A stretch of DNA of 64,000 nt from Clostridia bacterium (lineage in GTDB: Bacteria > Bacillota > Clostridia > TANB77 > CAG-508), in NCBI GenBank assembly GCA_017510245.1, contig JAFWNQ010000014.1, positions 26,499-90,498 of the forward strand, written 5' to 3'. The notes beneath the pieces were generated by a model that ran no database searches, had not been told where the DNA came from, and saw only the letters and a program-made list of their open reading frames with translations. Shown here in pieces: positions 10,355-19,542 of the stretch. A program made the position numbers and the translations under genes. The first letter of the stretch is position 1. Every line of letters begins with the position of its first letter.

Positions 10355-11198
10355 CTTCCAGACTCCTTTCTTTAGTTTTTAATTCTTCTATTGCTTTTTT
10401 ATATTCTTCATCATTCATAGCTTTTCCATGCCATTCGACTTTGTTTTCCATAAATGAGACTCCTTTACCTTTTACTGTCCTAGCAATTATTGCAGTTGGC
10501 AAACCTTTTGTTCTTTCTGCAACAGAAAATGCTGACATTACTGAATCTATATTATTTCCATCTATTGTTATAGTATTAAATCCAAAAGAATTAAATCTAT
10601 CTTCTATTGATTCATAATTTAACTCTTTTACCTTTTCAGTTTCTCCAGTAAGCTGAAGTTTATTACAATCAATAATAACACATAAATTATCTAATTTATA
10701 TTTAGATGATGTCATCATTGCTTCCCATATTTGACCTTCTTGCAATTCACCATCACCAATTAAACAATACACTCTATATCCAGCCTTATTCATCTTTGAT
10801 GCAATTGCCATTCCATTTGCAATCGATAGTCCTTGTCCTAGTGAACCAGTTGTAATATCAACTCCTGGAACCTTATTCATATCTGGATGTCCTTGCAAAT
10901 AGCTTTCAAACTTTCTAAACTTTAGTAAGTCTTCTTTTGGAAAATATCCTCTTTCAGCTAATGTAGCATATAATGCTGTTGAAGCATGTCCTTTTGATAA
11001 AACAAATCTATCTCTTAATAAATCTTTTGGCTTATCTGGACTAATATTCATTTCATTAAAGTATAAAACGGTTAAAATATCTGTACAAGATAGTGAACCT
11101 CCTAAGTGTCCAGACTTTGCTTGGTTCACTTCTTCAACTATGTCAATTCTTATTTTATTTGCAATTCTTTCAAGCGCCTTTACTTTTGTAACTTTCAT
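10347..11198 (-). CDS. Transketolase, N-terminal (TPP-binding) subunit
   Basis: SGHLGGSLSCTDIL, GDGELQEGQIWEA. It overlaps the downstream subunit by 8 nt. Confidence 0.9.
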   Translation of the reverse strand: MKVTKVKALERIANKIRIDIVEEVNQAKSGHLGGSLSCTDILTVLYFNEMNISPDKPKDLLRDRFVLSKGHASTALYATLAERGYFPKEDLLKFRKFESYLQGHPDMNKVPGVDITTGSLGQGLSIANGMAIASKMNKAGYRVYCLIGDGELQEGQIWEAMMTSSKYKLDNLCVIIDCNKLQLTGETEKVKELNYESIEDRFNSFGFNTITIDGNNIDSVMSAFSVAERTKGLPTAIIARTVKGKGVSFMENKVEWHGKAMNDEEYKKAIEELKTKERSLEDE

Positions 11199-11473
11199 AT
11201 ATTAACTCCTTATTATAAATTTCATTCACATTTTATCACAAAAAAATAATAATGTATAGATTTTCCAAACATTTAGTATAATCAAAAATAGGCTAATTAG
11301 TATATAAAAAATAAGCTATATCAATACAATTCAAAAATCACAAACTTTTTCATTTAAAATAAATTATGTTTTTTCGTCGTTTTTTATTTACTTTTATTCG
11401 TCTTATTTGATATAATAATTAAAAATAAATAAGAAATAAAGTTTTGTTCATGTAGAAAGGATTTTTATTAGAA

Positions 11474-11707
11474 ATGAATAATAAGAATAATCTATCAGAA
11501 GCTATAAGGCAAAGAATTAAAGATTTAGCCAAAGAAAAAAATCTTTCAATTCGCAAAATATCAATTTTATCTGGAATTCCATATTCAACAATTAGTAGCT
11601 TTTTAATAAAAAGATGTTCAAGCTTAACTGTTGCAACTTTATATAAAATATGTGAAGGCCTAGGTGTAAGTATAATAGATTTTTTCAATGATGATTTATT
11701 TAACTAA
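11474..11707 (+). CDS. XRE-family helix-turn-helix transcriptional regulator
   Basis: LSEAIRQRIKDLAKEKNLSIRKISILSGIPYSTISSF is an HTH_3-type motif. It is one of only two plus-strand genes. The antisense ORF 11419-11688 is rejected. Confidence 0.75.
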   Translation: MNNKNNLSEAIRQRIKDLAKEKNLSIRKISILSGIPYSTISSFLIKRCSSLTVATLYKICEGLGVSIIDFFNDDLFN

Positions 11708-11743
11708 TATACATAAATATGGACGAGCAAAGCTCGTCCATAT

Positions 11744-12685
11744 TTATAATATCTCTTTTTTCAATACATCTACTATAGTGTCTACTGCAAACTTATTATC
11801 ATATTTAATCTCTTTTAATGACTTGATATCTTCTATTCTTTTTTCTAATTCTTCCACTTTATCACATAGTTTAATATACTCAAAGTCTTTAAGCCATTTA
11901 TATGATTCTTCAATTTTATGATTAAAATTATTAAAAGCTATACAAGGAGTTTCAGTAATAGCTGAAAAAATCATTCCATGAAGCCTATCAGTTATTACAA
12001 CTTCAGCTTTTCTAATCTGATCAAATTTATCTTGTAATAGTTTTTCTCTGTCTTTATATGATATGTTATTTGTAATTGTGTTCCAAATATTCATATCAGA
12101 TAATTCATATTTTCCAAATTCTCTTTGAACTATATTTTTAATGCTTTCAGCTTTTTCGTCAGATAGAGTTTTTTCTTTGTCTGTTCTAAAAAGTAAAAGT
12201 GCACCTTCTCGTCTCTCTTTTTTTGCTTCATTTAAAGTCATTACAATATCAGGTGTTAAATATACTTTAGCATTGTAAAAATGTTTTTTCATAAATTCAT
12301 AAGATTTTTCTTCTCTTGCAAGTATTACCAAATTTTTATGGGCATTGTATATTTTTTTTGACTCATCTAATACTCTTCTACCTTCTTCCGTGTCTGAAAA
12401 GTAAGCTGTTTGTGGAAAAACAATAATCTTATTGTTTGGATACATTTGAATTACTTTTCTTCTTCCTGCTTCTGGTGTAACATAAGTATCCCCAATATTT
12501 CCACCACCATGTAATAGTAAAATATCATCATCTTTTATATAAGTTTTTAACTTATTTGCACAAAGTTCTAATTTTTTCTCAGGTACCACATATTTTTCGT
12601 ATCCACTAAAATATGTATCAATTATTCTTTCTTCTGCAAGAGCAATCGCATTATCCCCAAGATTGCCATGGTGTGGTATTCCCAT
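11744..12685 (-). CDS. Polysaccharide pyruvyl transferase family protein
   Basis: HHGNLGDNAIALAE near the N-terminus and a C-terminal ITDRLHGMIF motif. The true start is probably upstream of ATG 12685 at a non-ATG codon (see findings). Confidence 0.7.
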   Translation of the reverse strand: MGIPHHGNLGDNAIALAEERIIDTYFSGYEKYVVPEKKLELCANKLKTYIKDDDILLLHGGGNIGDTYVTPEAGRRKVIQMYPNNKIIVFPQTAYFSDTEEGRRVLDESKKIYNAHKNLVILAREEKSYEFMKKHFYNAKVYLTPDIVMTLNEAKKERREGALLLFRTDKEKTLSDEKAESIKNIVQREFGKYELSDMNIWNTITNNISYKDREKLLQDKFDQIRKAEVVITDRLHGMIFSAITETPCIAFNNFNHKIEESYKWLKDFEYIKLCDKVEELEKRIEDIKSLKEIKYDNKFAVDTIVDVLKKEIL

Positions 12686-12715
12686 TATAATTATTCTTTT
12701 AATATTAATCAGCTC

Positions 12716-14632
12716 CTATTCTATAACAGTTTCTATTTGTTTATTATAATCTTCATCTTTAACATCTTGAGTAATATTACCTTGCTTAACTTCATTAGTA
12801 TATTTGTTCATTATCTTTTCTTTTTTACTAACATTTCTAATATACCATTCATACTCAATGTCTAAATGACCTATATCCAAAGCTTGATATCCTTCCCTAG
12901 CTAATTCATAGGCTAAGATAGTTGCTGTTGGTCCTAAAGCCATTACTATTAATGAGTCTTTTGGTTGTTTTCTTAACTCAGCTATTATTTCGTCATACTT
13001 ATCAAAAGCATTTTCTGAAGGACATATTACTCTTTTTACCGATTTACATTTATCTAGTAAATCATTTCCTACGCCCATTCTCGTTTGCTCACCTTCGCAA
13101 ATTACTACATCTCTATCTTCCCATAAGCTCTTAAGCATATCAAAGTATTTTCCTGCATTGCTTCTATCTTTATATCTAATATACAGTCTTGTCATATTTG
13201 ATGTTCCATATTCCATATCATTATGCAAGTATTCAAGCCAAGTTTTTCTATGCATCTCCATATTATTAATCCAGAATTTTTCACTCTCCTCTGTCAAGTT
13301 ATCAAAACTATTTAGTACATCTGGTACACCTATAATACAAAAATCTTGCTTTGCACTAAGAACTTCCTTTAATCTTTGACCTAATTTCTCATTTTTATTT
13401 TGGAATCCTATTTCTCCACCTTTAATAATATCTAATTCTCCATCACCAAAACGAGCAATTGATTTACGTTCAGTTTTAATTTTATTAATTGTATCTTCTA
13501 TATTCATTATTGTAATTGGACTCTTCTGCATTTCCTGCAATAAATCTGCTTTTCTTTTTAACATTTCATTATCCATATCATATTCCTCAATTTCTTTATA
13601 TGTTTCTGCATTTGGTTTCGACATTTTCTCATTTATTTCCTTTGGAAGCATCTTTCTAATCTGTCTCAAAATTTCACAATATTTAAGTGTTTGTTCATAA
13701 TCTCTATTTTCTATTGATTCTAAAATATATTTTACTGATTTAATAACTGTAGGAATTCTCAAGCTACTTCCTAAAGTATAAAACCACTTCATAGCATCTA
13801 AAACTTTTATTCTTTCTTCATCTACTAGCTTTTCTGAGTCAATAAATCTAAATAGCATATAGTTTACACTCTTTGCGTAAAAATACCTATAATAGTCTAA
13901 ATGATTGTTATTTTTGAAATTATTATAAATAATCCTGTAAGCCTTATTAATTCCCATAAAATACTCTATAGAACAACTTGTAGAAATAGAATCTGCATCT
14001 CTTAGTCTATAATCATAAACAATTTCTGGTAAATAATAAACATTTTTTGACTTTATAAAACAATATGTTGTGAAAATAGCATCCTCTGCTGGTAGTCTAT
14101 CTTCAAATAGTATTCCAAGCTCATCTAAGAAACTTTTTCTAAAGATTTTATTCCATACTCCTGAATTCATAATGTAAAAAGACTGGTCATAATCAGTTAT
14201 TGATAGTTTAAACTTATGATATTTGCTTTTATCAAATATAGGTTTGTCCCAAACTTTTCCGTCTTCACTCATATTTGCATAATTTCCAATGACATAATCT
14301 GCATTTGTTTCATCAATATACTCTACTAGTTTTTCACAAGCATCTAATTCAAAAGTATCATCAGAATCCAAAAACATAATATAATCTCCAGTTGCTTCAC
14401 TTAATCCTGTATTTCTAGCACCAGATAATCCCGCATTTTCTTGATGAATAACCTTTATTCTATTGTCTTTTTTTGCATAATCATCACAAATAATACCAGA
14501 TGAATCTTTCGATCCATCATCAATTAGAATTATTTCTATATTTTTATATGTTTGATTAACTGCCGATTCTATTGAATCAACTAAATATCTTTCTACATTA
14601 TAAACAGGTACAATTATTGAAACTTTATTCAT
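12716..14632 (-). CDS. Bifunctional glycosyltransferase: GT2 domain + GT-D (DUF1792) domain
   Basis: N-terminus VSIIVPVYNVERYL...IILIDDGSKDSS...FLDSDD (GT2, DxD). C-terminus IARFGDGELDII...IGHLDIEYEW is typical of DUF1792/GT-D. Confidence 0.75.
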   Translation of the reverse strand: MNKVSIIVPVYNVERYLVDSIESAVNQTYKNIEIILIDDGSKDSSGIICDDYAKKDNRIKVIHQENAGLSGARNTGLSEATGDYIMFLDSDDTFELDACEKLVEYIDETNADYVIGNYANMSEDGKVWDKPIFDKSKYHKFKLSITDYDQSFYIMNSGVWNKIFRKSFLDELGILFEDRLPAEDAIFTTYCFIKSKNVYYLPEIVYDYRLRDADSISTSCSIEYFMGINKAYRIIYNNFKNNNHLDYYRYFYAKSVNYMLFRFIDSEKLVDEERIKVLDAMKWFYTLGSSLRIPTVIKSVKYILESIENRDYEQTLKYCEILRQIRKMLPKEINEKMSKPNAETYKEIEEYDMDNEMLKRKADLLQEMQKSPITIMNIEDTINKIKTERKSIARFGDGELDIIKGGEIGFQNKNEKLGQRLKEVLSAKQDFCIIGVPDVLNSFDNLTEESEKFWINNMEMHRKTWLEYLHNDMEYGTSNMTRLYIRYKDRSNAGKYFDMLKSLWEDRDVVICEGEQTRMGVGNDLLDKCKSVKRVICPSENAFDKYDEIIAELRKQPKDSLIVMALGPTATILAYELAREGYQALDIGHLDIEYEWYIRNVSKKEKIMNKYTNEVKQGNITQDVKDEDYNKQIETVIE

Positions 14633-14719
14633 AACCGCATCCCCTTTTCAAATATTTCTCAACAATTATACCATATATTGTCTATTTTTGCAATAAAAAT
14701 GAGCTATTATTCACAAGAT

Positions 14720-15289
14720 TTATGTATACTTCAAAAACTCTTCTTCTATAGAATCTTCAGACTCTCTCATTGCCATAATTGTTTGTTCAAACAATTCATC
14801 TAGCTCCCATCCAAGCATTTCTGCTCCTTTCTTTATAATCTCACGAGAACAACCTGCAGCAAATTTTTTGTCTTTGAACTTCTTCTTTAAACTTTTAGTT
14901 TCCATATCTTTTGTGCTTTTAGATGGCCTCATTTTTGCAGCCGCCCAAATTAATCCAGTTAATTCATCTACTGCAAAAAGAATTTTTTCCATTTCATGTT
15001 TTGGTTCGACATCAGAGCATTCTCCATAACCATGACTACACACTGCATGAATTAATTCATTACTAGCATCAATTTCTTTTAACAATTCTGGTGCTTTTTT
15101 GCAGTGTTCATCAGGATACATTTCAAAATCAACATCATGCAATAATCCAGCTAACCCCCAAAAATCTTCATCTTCTCCATTTTTTCTTGCAAAATATCTC
15201 ATTACTTGTTCAACTGTTAATGCATGCCTAATGTGAAATTCCTCTTTATTATACTTTTTTAATAATTCAATTGCTTTTTCTCTATCCAT
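14720..15289 (-). CDS. HD-domain phosphohydrolase
   Basis: HIRHALTV...LLHDVDFE HD motif. 189 aa. Confidence 0.7.
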   Translation of the reverse strand: MDREKAIELLKKYNKEEFHIRHALTVEQVMRYFARKNGEDEDFWGLAGLLHDVDFEMYPDEHCKKAPELLKEIDASNELIHAVCSHGYGECSDVEPKHEMEKILFAVDELTGLIWAAAKMRPSKSTKDMETKSLKKKFKDKKFAAGCSREIIKKGAEMLGWELDELFEQTIMAMRESEDSIEEEFLKYT

Positions 15290-15291
15290 TT

Positions 15292-16338
15292 TTAATCTTC
15301 CTCCATCTCTAATTCATTATATATTCGTATTCCACCATATAAAATAAAAGCAGACACTATTGTTATTCCAAACAATCCTAGTGGCGTAAATATCATCTTA
15401 GTATATCCAAAAAATACTGGAATAGCTCCAATAAATAGCGCAAGTGTCAATAATCCAAAAGCCATTCCTTTATTATTAGATAATAAATTACTAAGTGCTG
15501 TTAAAGTTATTGGCATAGTCATATTAAATAGTAATATTGCTATTACTCCTAAAATACTATTATTAAAAGCAAATAAAAACAATACTGCTGATGAAATCAA
15601 AGAAAACAAGGAAGTCTTTATAAATCCTATTCTATCTCCAATAACTCCCCCTAGCATTTTTCCTAATACTACTACAAATATTGAAATTAACGCTAATATA
15701 AAACTACTTTTCCATTCAAATGCTAGAATCAATCCAACATAGCTTCTAATCACAACAGTTACAATCAAGCACATAATAGCAATTAGCATTTTTTTATTAA
15801 TTGTTGGAATTATAACTTCCTCATTATTAACTCTGTCTCGCACTTTCAAATATAATTGTATTAATAATAGTGCTGAAATAATCAATAGTACTATTAAAAG
15901 ATAATTCTTTTCAGCTCCTATTGAACCTGATTTTTGTCCTAAAAATATTCCCATTGCTCCTGTTGATACAAATATTCCAGACAATGTTGCTTTTTTATCG
16001 CTTATGTTTAAAACGTCAATTCCGCCTCCAACATGAAACAATGAGTTTCCTAATCCTGCTATTAAACATGCTAAAATCTCATAATTTGCAAAACCATAGG
16101 CTACTGCAACCAATAAACAACCTATAGCAGAACAGATTGCGTTTTTATTTGCTTTATCTGCTATAATTCCCACAGGCAGTTGAACTGCAAAAGCAAAAAA
16201 ATTATAAATAATTATTGCAATAAAAACATTTAAATCTTGTCCCGTTTTATGAGATATCATATTTGTTATTAATACCGCACATGAAAGATCAACAACAAAA
16301 TGAATAATACTATAAATTGCCACAATACTTTTTTTCAA
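15292..16338 (-). CDS. Polytopic integral membrane protein (about 10 TM helices, transporter-like)
   Basis: Hydrophobic throughout. No family recognised by eye. Confidence 0.5.
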   Translation of the reverse strand: MKKSIVAIYSIIHFVVDLSCAVLITNMISHKTGQDLNVFIAIIIYNFFAFAVQLPVGIIADKANKNAICSAIGCLLVAVAYGFANYEILACLIAGLGNSLFHVGGGIDVLNISDKKATLSGIFVSTGAMGIFLGQKSGSIGAEKNYLLIVLLIISALLLIQLYLKVRDRVNNEEVIIPTINKKMLIAIMCLIVTVVIRSYVGLILAFEWKSSFILALISIFVVVLGKMLGGVIGDRIGFIKTSLFSLISSAVLFLFAFNNSILGVIAILLFNMTMPITLTALSNLLSNNKGMAFGLLTLALFIGAIPVFFGYTKMIFTPLGLFGITIVSAFILYGGIRIYNELEMEED

Positions 16339-16359
16339 AATTTAATCTCCTTCTGTATT

Positions 16360-17271
16360 TTATAAATAAAACTTTCCCTGCCATAAATCTCTTTCTCTCA
16401 TTGCTTTATCTAGTCCATTAAGTACTTGTTTTTTATGTACATTCCATTCAGGTGCAACTAAAATATCCTTTGGTGCATCCCCAGAGATTCTATGTATTAT
16501 AAAGTTTGGATTTAAATGTGTAATAATGTAAATTAGTTTTTCTATGTATTCATCTTTTTCTATAGGCTTATATTCTCCTCTTTTAAACATTTCTGCTAAT
16601 TCAGTATTTTTAACAATATAAGTCGAATGAATTTTTACTCCTTGTAATTTGTGTTTATTAATAAAATCAACTGTATTTTTTATGTCTTCATCTCTTTCAT
16701 AAGGTAGTCCTACCATTATATGAGCTACAACATCAATATCATATTTGTTTAAAATCTCAACAGCTTTAGTAAACTGCTCACTTGTATATTCTCTTTTAAT
16801 AATTTTCCCCAATTCATTATTACTTGTCTGTAATCCTAATTCTACACATACATAATAATTATCAGTATATGATTTTAAAAGCTTAGCTATATCTTCATTA
16901 ATGCAATCTGGTCTTGTTCCAATTTCTAAGCCAACTATTCTATCATCAACTAATGCCGCATCATATTTTAGTTTTAAATTATCTAGTGTGTCATAAGTAT
17001 TCGTAAAATTTTGAAAATATACAATAAACTTATTTGCCCTATCAGCTCTATATGTTGTAAAATAATACTTTACTTGTTCAGTAATATCATCTATTGAATT
17101 TATCAACTCTCCAGATCCTTTTTCACTACAATAAATACATCCTTCTGTTCCTAGAGTGCCATCTCTATTGGGGCAAGTAAATCCACCATCCACACATATT
17201 TTTAAAGTTCTTTCTCCAAACTTGTTTTTCAAATATTCATTTAAATGTCTATATCTATCACTATCTTTCAT
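16360..17271 (-). CDS. TIGR01212-family radical SAM protein
   Basis: FTCPNRDGTLGTEGCIYC cluster motif. The family normally starts near MK..RY..L..YLK, so I use the internal ATG at 17269-17271. The ORF-track extension to 17415 runs through a terminator and overlaps the neighbouring gene. Confidence 0.8.
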   Translation of the reverse strand: MKDSDRYRHLNEYLKNKFGERTLKICVDGGFTCPNRDGTLGTEGCIYCSEKGSGELINSIDDITEQVKYYFTTYRADRANKFIVYFQNFTNTYDTLDNLKLKYDAALVDDRIVGLEIGTRPDCINEDIAKLLKSYTDNYYVCVELGLQTSNNELGKIIKREYTSEQFTKAVEILNKYDIDVVAHIMVGLPYERDEDIKNTVDFINKHKLQGVKIHSTYIVKNTELAEMFKRGEYKPIEKDEYIEKLIYIITHLNPNFIIHRISGDAPKDILVAPEWNVHKKQVLNGLDKAMRERDLWQGKFYL

Positions 17272-17336
17272 AGAAAAAAGTATATCAAAAAATGCTTTAT
17301 TAATCAATATTAAAATAATTATAAAAGCAACGCAAA

Positions 17337-17358
17337 GGAGCCAGCTCTTGCTGGCTCC
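17337..17358 (-). terminator. Terminator of the 65-aa islet gene
   Basis: GGAGCCAGC-TCTT-GCTGGCTCC perfect stem, followed on the minus strand by TTTGCGTTGCTTTT. Confidence 0.7.
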
Positions 17359-17389
17359 TCCGCATAAGATCTGTCCCGGGGTAATTGAA

Positions 17390-17587
17390 TCACTTGTCCG
17401 GAATAATTGAATCAAATCCGGTCTCTGTCACCCTACGTCCACTCTCGTCTGTTAGTTCATAGCCTCTCCTTGACCACTCGGGAGCAATTCCGGTAATTGT
17501 TACCTTTGTTCCCTTCTTAATCGTGTAACTCAAGCATTCAAGGTCATAAGCTGCTACTCCTGTTGTTCCAATCGGCAGAATCTTCAT
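17390..17587 (-). CDS. Hypothetical 65-aa protein in a GC-richer single-gene islet
   Basis: Strong RBS (TAGGAGGAGAA-ATG), its own promoter and terminator, and composition clearly GC-richer than the flanks. No family recognised. Confidence 0.6.
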   Translation of the reverse strand: MKILPIGTTGVAAYDLECLSYTIKKGTKVTITGIAPEWSRRGYELTDESGRRVTETGFDSIIPDK

Positions 17588-17642
17588 TTCTCCTCCTAGC
17601 GTAGTTACGCTAACTAAAACCTATACCTTTACGAACATATAT

Positions 17643-17671
17643 ATTATACTATGTTTACATAAATTAGTCAA
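17643..17671 (-). promoter_or_regulatory. Sigma-A-type promoter of the 65-aa islet gene
   Basis: Minus strand reads TTGACT-17 nt-TATAAT (-35 at 17666-17671, -10 at 17643-17648). The leader contains the hairpin TAGCGTA-AC-TACGCTA next to the RBS. Confidence 0.6.
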
Positions 17672-17735
17672 GTGTAAGAATTTAAGAAATTCCTTATTTC
17701 CTCATTGCCATAGTTTTCCGGCACCTATGGAATAT

Positions 17736-19355
17736 TTAAACATCTATATAGAACATTATACGTGTACAAAAGTAATCCATATATAAATAGCTGTCTTCTG
17801 TATCACCTGGATTGTAGCTTCCACTATCTTTAGCAGAGCAAGTATATCTAGCACTTCCACCTCTAAGTACACGTCTACTTGATGACCAACTTGAGCCGGT
17901 TCCATCTATAGCTGCTGCCATAGTCCATTCTCTTACGTTCGCTTCTAAGTCAAATATATTATTTATTACATCTGTTTCGTTATTAGGTCCTACCCACATT
18001 CCAGTATTTAGTATTGTATAACTATGATTTCCATTAGTTGAAGCTGTTACTTTTGATGAATCATTAGGATTTGTAAGTCCAAAGTTCAACATTGCATCCC
18101 ATTGACTTCCCCATATCATGCCTGATGTAATTCCATTTTTATTATATGCCTTCGCTTTGCTGTATGCATTCCACCAATTAAGATTTCTAGCTGGAGTTAC
18201 ACATAGTCTTGAAATATCCGATGAAGAGTCACCCATTTCATACCTTGCTACATAAAATCCTCCATATTCCTTTATACTTGCTATTAGATTATTGTATTCT
18301 TGTTGTAATATTTCTTCACTAATTCCAGTAGTATTCTCACTCCAACTGTCCGAATATGTTAAATAAGCTGGCTCTTTACGACCAAGTGCCGGATCATAGC
18401 ATTCTTCTCCAGTCTGATTACTATTCCAAGTATATAATACTCCTCTATAATTTGTTCCAGATGATATTTCTGCCATTTTCTTGTTTGTTTTTCCTACTGT
18501 TAAATTTGTTTTATCGACTGGAATCCATACAAATTCATTTCCATTACTATAGTTTTTTCCATCTATTTGTTCTACACTATCTGTAATTACGAGTCCTTTA
18601 GTTACATTTCCTACATTTTCGCTTGTTCCATAAGCAAATCCTTCTGGAATCCAAACATCATATCCATCTTTTGATAGTTTATAGTTACTATTCTGAATTG
18701 TCGAATACTCTTCCGCTTTTGAAGCAGGATATTCATTCCAAATTATTTCTCCATATTCTCCATTTAAATTTGTTGCAGTTATTCTATACAAACCAGGTTT
18801 TGTAATTGCAAATTCTGCATTTTGTCCATCTATTGTTTCATCATTACAAGTATATTGTAGTTCATCAATAGATAAATCGTTGTAATTTCCTCCTTCTGCA
18901 GAAACTCTTAATAAAATTGCCCTTGATTCTGTCTCTTGTGTAGAAATAGCCAAGCTTAAATTATTCTCAACGTTTTTTATTCCCTCATATTTTATTTCTC
19001 CATTTGTATTAATAGTATATTGTCTTTTCGACTCGTTAAAAGTAACTTTAATTGGATTTCCTCTAGCACTTGCTCCTTGATTTGTTAATTCAGTATTTAA
19101 ATCTCCTGCTGTTACTTCTATCAAACCTCCATTACTTACTTTTTTTGATAATGCAGAATTATATGCTAACGCAATAATCTCTTTTTCTTTACCTATTTCA
19201 GTTTGTTCTTTGGCAGCTTTTGATTTCTGAATCAATCCATTACTTCCCATTGCCAAATTAATTGTTATTCCAGCTAATATTAAAAGCACTATGATTGTTA
19301 CTACCAATGCTATTAAAGTTATTCCATTTTCTTTAAAATTATTTCTTTTGTTCAT
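17736..19355 (-). CDS. Prepilin-like (Glu5-less) N-terminus fused to an FGE-sulfatase / C-type-lectin-fold-like domain
   Basis: MNKRNNFKENG-ITLIALVVTIIVLLILAG. The C-terminal half has GGFYVARYEM, WGSQWDAM, RRVLRGGS, reminiscent of SUMF1/FGE-type domains. Confidence 0.65.
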   Translation of the reverse strand: MNKRNNFKENGITLIALVVTIIVLLILAGITINLAMGSNGLIQKSKAAKEQTEIGKEKEIIALAYNSALSKKVSNGGLIEVTAGDLNTELTNQGASARGNPIKVTFNESKRQYTINTNGEIKYEGIKNVENNLSLAISTQETESRAILLRVSAEGGNYNDLSIDELQYTCNDETIDGQNAEFAITKPGLYRITATNLNGEYGEIIWNEYPASKAEEYSTIQNSNYKLSKDGYDVWIPEGFAYGTSENVGNVTKGLVITDSVEQIDGKNYSNGNEFVWIPVDKTNLTVGKTNKKMAEISSGTNYRGVLYTWNSNQTGEECYDPALGRKEPAYLTYSDSWSENTTGISEEILQQEYNNLIASIKEYGGFYVARYEMGDSSSDISRLCVTPARNLNWWNAYSKAKAYNKNGITSGMIWGSQWDAMLNFGLTNPNDSSKVTASTNGNHSYTILNTGMWVGPNNETDVINNIFDLEANVREWTMAAAIDGTGSSWSSSRRVLRGGSARYTCSAKDSGSYNPGDTEDSYLYMDYFCTRIMFYIDV

Positions 19356-19491
19356 CTTTACCCCTTTCTAGTCTTTTGTTATTCTAAAAAACAACATTTA
19401 AAATTTTCCTAAAACAGCTGTACCCCTTAAATTTTAACTGTATATTTTCTACCTACATTAAATTTTTGATCATTTTTTATAATTTACCAAT

Positions 19492-19520
19492 ATTTTATAA
19501 ATAAATTATTTTTTTGTCAA
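19492..19520 (-). promoter_or_regulatory. Promoter of prepilin-like gene 17736-19355
   Basis: Minus strand reads TTGACA-17 nt-TAAAAT. It lies 23 bp from the outer end of the RAYT element. Confidence 0.5.
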
Positions 19521-19542
19521 CAGCTAAAAAATCTTTTTTCAT

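Noticed and set aside
11419-11688. The 89-aa minus-strand ORF overlapping the XRE regulator.
   Set aside because: The plus-strand ORF has a clear HTH_3 motif. The minus ORF has no recognisable features or RBS.
12686-12718. TAG readthrough or pyrrolysine decoding joining the GT2/GT-D gene to the pyruvyl transferase gene.
   Set aside because: Two adjacent ORFs share a frame one time in three by chance. There is no PYLIS-like evidence and no pyl genes in the window. A non-ATG start is the simpler explanation, so the readthrough idea is kept only as a minor alternative in the finding.
16360-17415. The ORF-track start of the radical SAM gene at 17415, which gives a 48-aa N-terminal extension.
   Set aside because: The extension runs through the GC-rich terminator hairpin, overlaps the 3' end of the 65-aa islet gene, and contains an in-frame CGG. 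The family N-terminus begins at the internal Met (17271).
17736-19355. A possible diversity-generating retroelement target. The FGE/C-type-lectin-like C-terminus ends in ...RVLRGGSARYTCSAKDSGSYNPGDTEDSY..., which resembles a diversified DGR variable region.
   Set aside because: No reverse transcriptase ORF is in the window, and I could find no second (template) copy of the 3' ~120 nt anywhere in it. It remains possible only if the TR and RT lie elsewhere in the genome.
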